From positions 124,001 through 188,000 of the forward strand of contig BROI01000037.1 of the NCBI GenBank assembly GCA_027923505.1: 64,000 nucleotides of DNA, in the 5' to 3' direction. A program made the translations under genes and the position numbers. Within the stretch, counting starts at the first letter, position 1. The number at the start of each line of letters is the position of its first letter. Source of the DNA: Mayamaea pseudoterrestris. Taxonomy: Eukaryota. Below the pieces are notes generated by a model. That model was not told the DNA's origin and searched no databases. It was given only the letters and a program-made list of their open reading frames with translations. This document shows positions 44,788 to 53,656 of the stretch, one piece after another.

Positions 44788-46256
44788 ATTGCGAAAGTTC
44801 GTTCTTCTGTGGGATCAAACTCGGTCCAGAATGACGATACAGAGAATCTAAACATACCATCGTCTACGTCTATCATTCAAGAATGCAAAGGTGCGAAATT
44901 GCAACATAACTTTTAATTTTGGTCATGCTGGGACGATTCTTGCAAACTCACTCAAATCATCTCGATAGAAACACCACAACAACTTTGGCCACAGCTGTAA
45001 TACCAGGCTATTGGCTCGTCCATTGCATCAAGTATATATTAAATGGTATATTGCGCCTGTTTCAGCCAAAAGCATGCATGTTTAGGACGTCGCGTCGACG
45101 ATTGAAGATGTTACCAGTTTGCACCTCGTTCAAACAAAGGCGACTCACTCACTCAATTTTGGTCCCGCGGCAAATGTTCCAACGGAATCATATTCCCTGC
45201 TTTCTTGTGGTTCTCATGACATCTTGCTGGTTGCAATGCAACGCCTCCTTGGTCCCGCAAATCCAGCGCAAAAATGGCGATGCCATGAAAATCGATCAAA
45301 AAACCCGGAGACCAAGGAACCGCGCTTTTTCGCATGGGATGCGGCACGACTCAGCCAATCCAATCCCGTGACCACCCTCTCAGGGGTTAGCGTAAGAGCG
45401 GGGGTTCCCCCCGCAAATTGCGAAAGTTCGTTCTTCTGTGGGATCAAACTCGGTCCAGAATGACGATACAGAGAATCTAAACATACCATCGTCTACGTCT
45501 ATCATTCAAGAATGCAAAGGTGCGAAATTGCAACATAACTTTTAATTTTGGTCATGCTGGGACGATTCTTGCAAACTCACTCAAATCATCTCGATAGAAA
45601 CACCACAACAACTTTGGCCACAGCTGTAATACCAGGCTATTGGCTCGTCCATTGCATCAAGTATATATTAAATGGTATATTGCGCCTGTTTCAGCCAAAA
45701 GCATGCATGTTTAGGACGTCGCGTCGACGATTGAAGATGTTACCAGTTTGCACCTCGTTCAAACAAAGGCGACTCACTCACTCAATTTTGGTCCCGCGGC
45801 AAATGTTCCAACGGAATCATATTCCCTGCTTTCTTGTGGTTCTCATGACATCTTGCTGGTTGCAATGCAACGCCTCCTTGGTCCCGCAAATCCAGCGCAA
45901 AAATGGCGATGCCATGAAAATCGATCAAAAAACCCGGAGACCAAGGAACCGCGCTTTTTCGCATGGGATGCGGCACGACTCAGCCAATCCAATCCCGTGA
46001 CCACCCTCTCAGGGGTTAGCGTAAGAGCGGGGGTTCCCCCCGCAATAAGGAATTTAGAGAATTCATGACATCTTGCTGGTTGCAATGCAACGCCTCCTTG
46101 GTCCCGCAAATCCAGCGCAAAAATGGCGATGCCATGAAAATCGATCAAAAAACCCGGAGACTAAGGAACCGCGCTTTTTCGCATGGGATGCGGCACGACT
46201 CAGCCAATCCAATCCCGTGACCACCCTCTCAGGGGTTAGCGTAAGAGCGGGGGTTC
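44788..46256. repeat. Head-to-tail tandem repeat: two 629-bp copies (44788-45416, 45417-46045) plus a ~194-bp partial third copy (46063-46256)
   Basis: Identical ORF translations at 44919 and 45548 (offset 629). The full units end in the hairpin GCGGGGG-TTC-CCCCCGC; the third copy covers only the 3' part, with one visible mismatch. Confidence 0.92.
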
Positions 46257-46352
46257 TGAAGTACCTATCGTAGGATGATATGTAAATGGAAATTATGGTG
46301 GTATTTTAAAGACTGCAATTGAAGATTGCCTCCATGGCGAGCCATCGCTCTT

Positions 46353-48164
46353 TTACTGGCGAGGCATAGCAGGTGTTGCAGACACCGTTGGAGATTCGGC
46401 GGGGGGTACACTTGGTCGCTCAGCAATTGGTGACTGGTTAGATGGCACCCTTGGAGAGTCCGCCGCGGGCGTACCGAGTGGGGTGATAAAGTCAGCTGGG
46501 ACGTCGACGTTGTTCATGGATGCAAAGATTGCTGCTAGGCGTTTGATTTCTTCCGTGTGCGACGAGACTATAGGATCCACAGGGGCGGATGGTCGCGGAT
46601 TTTGTAGAAGATGGAGCAGGTCCTTGATCAGTGCGGAGACTATGTCGTTGGTAGACGGTGTAGGCATGACGACTTGGGATGGAAACCAAGCGAGAGTGTC
46701 GGCAATACGTTCAGTGTCTGTTTCAGTGGCATAGACTCGGTAGCAGCGGTAGTGCTCCATTGCTGGTCCAAGGTAATAGCCATCAACTCCGTGTGGCGAC
46801 TGGGACTGGCGCTTATCTGCTTTCTCATGAATGATGACTCGCGTTCCTGGTGGTGCCATTGGTGTTCGATTAAAATCAAAAGCACCATGCAGCTGGGCAT
46901 ACGCTGAAAGTTTTGGATTGATTCTGGATGTGCAAAGCAGATTAAGTGTGATGACAGCCTGCGGGAGGAGGCGGTCCCAGTGTCGGAGTGGAAACTTTGG
47001 ATCGGTGCCACAGAGGATGGCAACAAAGTGGTTTGTCCATGTGCGAATGGCACGCTCTGCGGCATTGCGACGGTGATTGTATGGAGGAACCAATTGAAAA
47101 TCAATGTCTTGCTCGCGCATAAAGTCCTTGAGTGCTTTGCAGGCTTCATTGTCCAAGCGTTGGAGCTGTGGCTTGAGTCCTCGAGAGCATAGTAGTTCAT
47201 GGATCTTTTTGTACGCCGCAACAATGCTGGCGCCTGTCTTATTCTTCAAAGGTTCGACGAGAATCGCATTGCTGTCTTCATCATAGACGACTAGCATGCT
47301 TGTGTTTCCTGAGCTGGAGACTTGCATGAAACGCCCTGTGAGATCCGAATGCACTTTTCCGGTGGCTTCTTTGACGCTTGCCCAAATGCGGTGCTCGCGT
47401 TGCGCCGGTGGATCTGATTGAGTTGGGTACATATCTGCTTCAATGTCAGCTGCAGTGTCGACGACATGATTTGCAACATGCTTTTTTGTAGAGCGAACAT
47501 TTTTTCTGGTCTGATCAAGGTGTCCTTTTGCACTTGCTGTGGATCGCGGTGGATGAGCTCGTACTTGCTGGGAGGTGACACTGGGGAACGTGGTAAGATG
47601 CCCATTATCCAGTGCTTTGCACAAGGTGGAAACTGTTGGAGATCCCATGGTGGCGCTGAGGTAGGCCACGCGGTCAGCGACTGTGTGAGGCTGATACATG
47701 GAGAGTGCATAGTTTGTGCTTGTTGGTAGGTGCTGGTTCATGTTGCATGACCAAAGTTTTGTGTCACTGTCTCGTGTCCCTGCGAGTATGATTTGGTCGC
47801 CTTTGGAGACTGTGACTGTTGTTGCTGTGAACTCTGCGGTGCAGCCATCGTCGCATAGTGTGCCAATGGAGAGTAGAGACATTGCCATGTCTGGGAAAAC
47901 ATGCGCCTGGCGTGCAGCGGGCGAGCATCCTGGTAGATCTAGGAGTACTGTGTGCGTGGACTGCATGGTGGTGCCATTGGGGACTGTGACGGTGATTCCT
48001 GGTGAAGCTGGCTGCTTGTTTGAGTACGGGAGCATGGATGTGATGTAATGGCCGGTGCATCCGGTGTCGGCGATTGCTTTACAGTGTATAGGCGGGGAGG
48101 AGACATCAAGTTCATTTAACCACTGTTTATTAGTTGAACTATTAGCTGATGCCGTCCCTCCATC
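46353..48164 (-). CDS. Copia pol (protease-integrase), 3'-truncated
   Basis: The frame is open from the codon after the gag TAG (48164) through the 560-aa ORF; it stops in the Pro-rich post-integrase linker. Confidence 0.85.
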   Translation of the reverse strand, partial: DGGTASANSSTNKQWLNELDVSSPPIHCKAIADTGCTGHYITSMLPYSNKQPASPGITVTVPNGTTMQSTHTVLLDLPGCSPAARQAHVFPDMAMSLLSIGTLCDDGCTAEFTATTVTVSKGDQIILAGTRDSDTKLWSCNMNQHLPTSTNYALSMYQPHTVADRVAYLSATMGSPTVSTLCKALDNGHLTTFPSVTSQQVRAHPPRSTASAKGHLDQTRKNVRSTKKHVANHVVDTAADIEADMYPTQSDPPAQREHRIWASVKEATGKVHSDLTGRFMQVSSSGNTSMLVVYDEDSNAILVEPLKNKTGASIVAAYKKIHELLCSRGLKPQLQRLDNEACKALKDFMREQDIDFQLVPPYNHRRNAAERAIRTWTNHFVAILCGTDPKFPLRHWDRLLPQAVITLNLLCTSRINPKLSAYAQLHGAFDFNRTPMAPPGTRVIIHEKADKRQSQSPHGVDGYYLGPAMEHYRCYRVYATETDTERIADTLAWFPSQVVMPTPSTNDIVSALIKDLLHLLQNPRPSAPVDPIVSSHTEEIKRLAAIFASMNNVDVPADFITPLGTPAADSPRVPSNQSPIAERPSVPPAESPTVSATPAMPRQ

Positions 48165-49081
48165 CTATTCCTGCGTGGAGCGGTTGCCGTTGTTGCGGTA
48201 GGTGAGGTTTCCTTCCTTGCCATTCATCTTGTTCGCCCAAGTGGCCGCAACTTGATGTCCTTCCTTTTGGTGAGTGCACTGTGCTGTCCATGCCCGCAGC
48301 ATGCGTCCAGCAATACTTCTTGACGCGAGGAACTTGATTGTTATGCGTGTTCGTTGTGCTTGATCGGCGTCGTTGGCTTGCGCAAAGAGCAGCATGCCGC
48401 TAATGTTTCTGGAGAGAACTCTGACAGTACTCGCTTTGACTTTCTTGGACATGGTTTGCTTGGCTAAGCCCCGCGCACCGCCGCCTCTTGTTGCGGCGGA
48501 GTCGACTACAGATTTTGCCGTGCTTTGATGCCGCGGATGTGCTTATGTGGTCGAGTGAGGCTCGGCCGGCCGTTGCGAGGCTGCGGGGCATTCAATGTAT
48601 TTGTCCACTGGGCATCACCAAATGCATTTGCTTCAAGACTCGATGAGTCTTTCGCGTCACTATGTGTTTGAGAGTGGAGAACAGACACTGTATGTCGGGC
48701 AGTTTCTGGCATGCATTCCATGATCATGGCCTTGGTGGACGAAGCCACTTTGCGGTCTAGGTTGAAACGTGCAACTTGAATGGCAAGCTGGCGAGTTGCT
48801 TCTTTGATGACTGCTGCCGGCGCATTGTTGGGCAGGCCAAGGTCATTATCGGGGAAGTCTTGTGCAACATATGGGTCTCCAGGCGAGAGGTTGTCATATT
48901 CTGCTTGAGTGTAGCAATGGTGACTGTGTCCCATCAAGCCGTTACCAAAGTCGGATTCGATTGATTGAAGGTTGGTTCGAAGTTGGTTTTTGAAGACTTG
49001 ACACTCCTCATACGTGATGGTTCCTGTCGTTCCCATGGGGGAAAACTTTGTATGCGGGTAAAGGGGCTTGGAGTCGGCCAT
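48165..49081 (-). pseudogene. Copia gag, frameshifted/deleted
   Basis: N-terminal part 48506-49081 (LRTNLQSI..DFGNGLMGH); C-terminal knuckle split across frames (KKYCWTH / CTHQKEGHQVAATWANKMNG), ending in TAG at 48165-48167. Confidence 0.75.
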
Positions 49082-49263
49082 GGTGTTGCTTTATTGATGG
49101 AAGCTTGGTGCTCAGGCAGAGCTTGTTGCTTGGTTGGTCGATTCGACAGCAGGTGTCGAGAGAATGCCGGGTGGAGCAAGTGTTGGAGAGCCTGGATGGA
49201 TCGCTTGCTTGGTTTGTTCGGTCTTGGCAATCTCTGCTAATGCTAAGTTGCGCAGTACTCAAT

Positions 49264-49587
49264 TGTTAGTAGTGAATGATTGTTTAGATTGCTGGTTATG
49301 CTATTGTATTGAGAGGTCAATGGCATGGAGGCAACGTAGAAGACGAGATTGCCAAGTTGTGAGCTGTTGGAGGGGATGTCGCATGCGACTCGGATGGAGC
49401 TCGAGATCCATCCCTCGCCGACTCGCCAACTGGAGGCAACGGGATTGATATAGATACGGCTTGTAGGAATTAGCCATATAACATATAGAGAGGTTGGCAT
49501 GCCGGCGCTGTTACTTAGGTAACGTGCGCGCCGGCCGGCCTTGAGGTTCTTCCTTGGGAATCGGATTGAAGCTCGGAGAGATCAACA
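49264..49587 (-). repeat. Putative 5' LTR (324 bp)
   Basis: Bounded by TGTT...AACA; its outer end abuts exactly the start of duplication unit B; lies upstream of gag. Only one copy is in the window, so the inner boundary is inferred. Confidence 0.65.
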
Positions 49588-50547
49588 CTTATAGTTGACG
49601 TGACATAGTTGTTGTCCGATCGTTTCTTGACAATCTTCGAATTTCATCGCCAAAGTGATGCAACCTTTCTCGACGAGGATCTTATTCTAGTTGCATACGT
49701 TTCATCTTTATTATACAATTCCATCATGGTGACAACGCGCAACCAAGAGAAGCACGATGAGGCTGAGCCGCCTTCCAATAAGAATGAGGAGTCGTCAACT
49801 GAGCCGTCAACGTTGAAACGGGATAAGGACGAGGCGGTAAACGCCGACAAGAAACTTGGCGCAAATCGGAGTTCTCATAGCGACCATACTTCCAAGCAAA
49901 ACCGAGACGAGTCGGGCGACGACGAGGGTCGCGAAGACATCAAGCAAGGCGCTGCGAAGCGAGAAAGCTCCACATCCCCCACTGCTGGCCACGATTCGGA
50001 CGACAACGAAAAGGATTCCGACGCTGAAATTTCCATCAATCGTGCTCCCGTGCTGACGCTATGGGTTTCTGTTGTGGCGGAGCGCCTTGGTTACAGTCGT
50101 GATGAAGCTTATTCATACGGACGCTGGGTGGCAAGCACACTGGCTGCGTCCAAGGGCAGGGCGCTGGGCATTGTTCGTCCCAGCAAGAAGAAAAAGACTG
50201 ACGCGGAGGGTCGTCGCGAGGGACGTGAAATGGATGCCGACCACATTATGGTGTTTGGGCAAATGAAGATACCCGTCAAGGATGTGAATGGCAAGCTCTT
50301 GGCGGTCAAGCAAGGCAAGACTATTAATCCAGAGACGGTTCGTCGCTACTTTCACAACAAGTTTGGCGACAATTTGGATCATGCGCACGACGCCATGATG
50401 AAACTTGCCGAAAGCATGGAGGCAGACGACTTGCGCAACCGTGCCTACGAATTCTACGAGCAGTTTCGTCCCGAATGGCATGGCTGGGGTCGCAAGGGAA
50501 CTCTTGATTTGGACGAAATTGAACACTTGGCCGAAGAGGATGAATAG
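49588..50547 (+). repeat. Segmental duplication unit B (paralogue of 43431-44391)
   Basis: High nucleotide similarity to unit A with scattered substitutions and small indels. Confidence 0.9.
49726..50547 (+). CDS. Conserved hypothetical protein ('NRAPVLTLW' family), copy 2
   Basis: Intact ORF, near-identical protein to 43567-44391. Confidence 0.75.
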   Translation: MVTTRNQEKHDEAEPPSNKNEESSTEPSTLKRDKDEAVNADKKLGANRSSHSDHTSKQNRDESGDDEGREDIKQGAAKRESSTSPTAGHDSDDNEKDSDAEISINRAPVLTLWVSVVAERLGYSRDEAYSYGRWVASTLAASKGRALGIVRPSKKKKTDAEGRREGREMDADHIMVFGQMKIPVKDVNGKLLAVKQGKTINPETVRRYFHNKFGDNLDHAHDAMMKLAESMEADDLRNRAYEFYEQFRPEWHGWGRKGTLDLDEIEHLAEEDE

Positions 50548-50724
50548 GTAATGTAGATGAGTAAATCAATATGGATTGTATGCATATTTCCGCCTCGACT
50601 TTTCTTTGGCGACATACACTCATTTGCAAGCGCGTTGGCGCTACTCGTACAATTCGTTTCAATCAGATAGCTAAATTGGTGATGGTGGGACAGCCAAAAG
50701 CCGTTCATCGCCAGCATCTCCATC

Positions 50725-51988
50725 ATGCAGCCTTCATCATCTTCATCCACGGGTCTGTTTGCATTATACAGTCGCAAACAGCAGGTTTCAAGCAAGCACA
50801 CTACAGCAATGATTGACCCTCAAGACTTGGATTATGCACTCGAAACGGTTCAGCGCGGCTTTCAGCAAGGCTTGGAACGGTCTGACGTGTATGCCATGAT
50901 TGCTGGAACGGCTGCCTTTTCGTCAACACTTGCACTTTCAACCTACGTGATGCAGCAGGTATTGCGCATTTCCACGGCAACCAATCGACCAATACCAAGT
51001 CTTTCTGGAGTGGCGAGTGTTTGTTTGGCATCGGTGGCGAGTCATCATGCAGCCATTGCGACGAATGAATACGTGGTGCAAGGTAAACTTCCCACCTTGT
51101 TTGACATTAGGCGACGCCAACGAGATACAATCTTGGATACTTCCTTTCGACGAAAGAACAATGATTTCCTCGATTTACACTTTGTTCAGATTCCGCTTCA
51201 CACGCTACGCATTTGCTGCCTGGGTCTATTGACTTTTAAGCTTTTGGGCGGACGCTTCTGGTCCGTCGCACCAAGTAGCTATGTTCACCATGGATCATTC
51301 GCGAGGCCACGGGTCTTTAGCCTCAAGGCAACTTCGGTATATGCCACCGAGACGCAACGATTGGCGCTGCAACGCATGGGACGTCTCGCGGGTTGTCATA
51401 CCTGTGGGACGCGCATGCTCTTCCAGCGACCAAGGTTTAACGGCGATGTGAGTCCGTTGCGAGAAACTTGATTGACTTTGTTTCTCGAACGATTCTCTCA
51501 TTCGTCTAGTTTCTCGATCATTGTGACTCTATTTGTCTTTGCAGCACATGCCTCCTCTACTCGTGGCCAATGAGCTGAACCGAATCTGGTACCGAAAACT
51601 GTTTCGAATGAAAGTCAAATTTCGTTTCTTTCCACAGTGCATTGACTGCTCCAATACGCAAGGCGGCATCATGTCGCAAGCGAGAGCAGTGCTGGACAAG
51701 CAACCCAAGAATCTATTGCAGCGCAAAGTCTTTCAGGGAACAGACATGATGAAGCTGCCAATCTTACACAGTAAGAACTTTTACCATGGCTTGCAGCCGC
51801 GCATTAGTCACTTGACGGGGACTGTTCTTGGCGGCTTCGCCGTGCTAAACAGCAGTGAAGCGGATATAGCGAATGGAAATCGAAATCGGTACGAACGATT
51901 GCACAAGCAACTCTCGAGCTGGTGCAAAAATGTACGAAACAATGACATGGTTGTCAAATTGGTCTCGTCCCTGCAACGACCAAAATGA
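50725..51988 (+). CDS. Membrane protein with HNH-like zinc nuclease module; intron 51448-51544
   Basis: Hydrophobic N-terminal helices; MGRLAGCHTCG...GD|HMPP...FFPQCIDCSNTQG, where splicing GTGAGT...TGCAG recreates the DHxPP motif. Confidence 0.6.
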
Positions 51989-52089
51989 AAAAATTGATAT
52001 AGACATAGATTGTGCCATAGAATTACCTAGTAAACATGCTTACAGTATAAGAATGTTTTATACAACTTCTGTAAAGGTGTTAAATGAAT

Positions 52090-53327
52090 CTATACCCATT
52101 CGCGAGGGTGCCTGCATGCATCAATCAAGTCGGCTTCCGGTGAACCTGGTTCTGGGTGAAAGTCGTACTCCCATCGGGCCGTTTCCGGCAAGCTCATTAG
52201 AATGGATTCGATGCGGCCGCCAGTCTTGAGTCCAAAAATGGTTCCTCGGTCGTAGACTAGGTTGAATTCTACGTAGCGACCCCGTCGCATCAATTGCCAT
52301 TGCTTCTGCTGCTCAGTGAATGGGTCATTCATGTGCTTCTGAATAATAGGACCATATGCTGGAACAACCGAATTCAATGCCTCTTCGGCAAAAGCAAAGA
52401 TCTTTTCCGGATCACGGTCGTTCAAGTCGTCAAAAAAGATTCCACCAAGTCCACGAGTCTCGTTGCGGTGCGTTATGGCAAAGTAGCGATCGGCCCATGC
52501 CTTGAACTCTGGGTAGAATTTGGAATCGTGCTTGTCGCAGACTTCCTTGTAGGTTCCATGAAAATGCTTCATGTCTTCTTCATTAACATAGGCGGGCGTA
52601 ATGTCGGTACCTCCTCCAAACCACCAAACGCCACCATCCGTCTCAAAGTAGCGATAGTTAAAATGCATTGTCGGGCAGAATGGATTCTTGGGATGCATCA
52701 CGCAAGATAGGCCGCACGCAAAGAATGGAACCTTTTCGCCAGGTGCCATGCCCTTGGCGCGATTCACGCCTCGCTCCGTCGCTGCCTGCAACGCTTCGGG
52801 AGGCATGCTTCCATATACAACCGACAAGTTGACACCAGCCTTTTCCCAAACCTTGCCGTCCTTGAGGACGCGCGACATGCCACCGCCGCCTGATGGACGT
52901 GTCCAGCAATCCTCCTGGAACTCTGCCCCTCCATCAATCTCCTGAATTGCCTTGGTAATGGCGATCTGTCCTTGGCGAAGCATCTTTTCCATCTTGCTGC
53001 GCATGGGATAATTTCCCTCGGGGCCGTCGCCTGGTTTGACGAGGGTCTCGGGAACCGAGTCAATCTTGTCGACCGTCCAGCCAAGATGGACGGGTGGCTT
53101 GTCCGTCGCAGCTTCTGTCTTGGCTTCCGTGGTGGAGAAACTGCCATGGTAAATGCGAAAGAAATGTGAGATAGGCTGTATTAAATGAAAGATAAACAGC
53201 TAGACGTCTTATTCGCTGCTTTTACTTGCACTTACAGTTCTCCTCCTCGAATGCCGAATCGAGACCGGGGCGCAAAAGCCGAGCATGATGTTGATGCCAC
53301 GGCAACGGCGGCAAGGAAGATTCTCAT
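52090..53327 (-). CDS. hemF: Oxygen-dependent coproporphyrinogen III oxidase, plastid-targeted; intron 53141-53235
   Basis: [20 protein letters not shown] bipartite signal; [71 protein letters not shown]. Confidence 0.96.
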
Positions 53328-53656
53328 ACTGCGATCGCAAGGCAGAAGCTATGAGAAATATATTGGATCTGATCAACAAAACGTCCACGTAAGCTTTAAA
53401 TGATTCTATTCCCAAATGCGAAGCAAGTGGAAAGGACAAGAGTATCGTCGCGATGATCCAAGTGATGAAGGAGGAGAAAAACGTGCAAATAATGTTGTGG
53501 ATCATCGAAGCTTCAACCGGGACTGAACGTCACGACTGCGACATGAATGTATCACAGGTCGTACCGGTTCTCATTGTGGCTCGCAAACGCTCGCGACGAC
53601 CACCATGGCCGCAAAAAAACCAGCAACATCCGTACTGTAAACATTTCCATAAGAGG

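Larger units (their letters stand above)
46353..49587 (-). mobile_element. Truncated Ty1/copia LTR retrotransposon (diatom CoDi-like); 5' LTR, gag, PR and IN present, RT/RNaseH and 3' LTR absent
   Basis: Protease AIADTGCTGHY; integrase HSDLTGRF...RLDNE...RRNAAERAIRTWTNHF placed before any RT (copia order); gag with YCWTH/..GHQVAATWAN knuckle remnant; TG...CA-bounded LTR. Confidence 0.9.

Noticed and set aside
44788..46256. CRISPR array, telomeric repeat or protein genes (150-aa ORFs at 44919 and 45548) in the tandem repeat
   Set aside because: Units are 629 bp without unique spacers; GGGGTTAG occurs only once per unit; the ORFs start at TTG and have no recognisable motifs. No hammerhead core (CTGATGA) was seen.
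46257..46352. 3' LTR or matching TSD of the copia element
   Set aside because: No second copy of the 49264-49587 sequence is present; the element is truncated.
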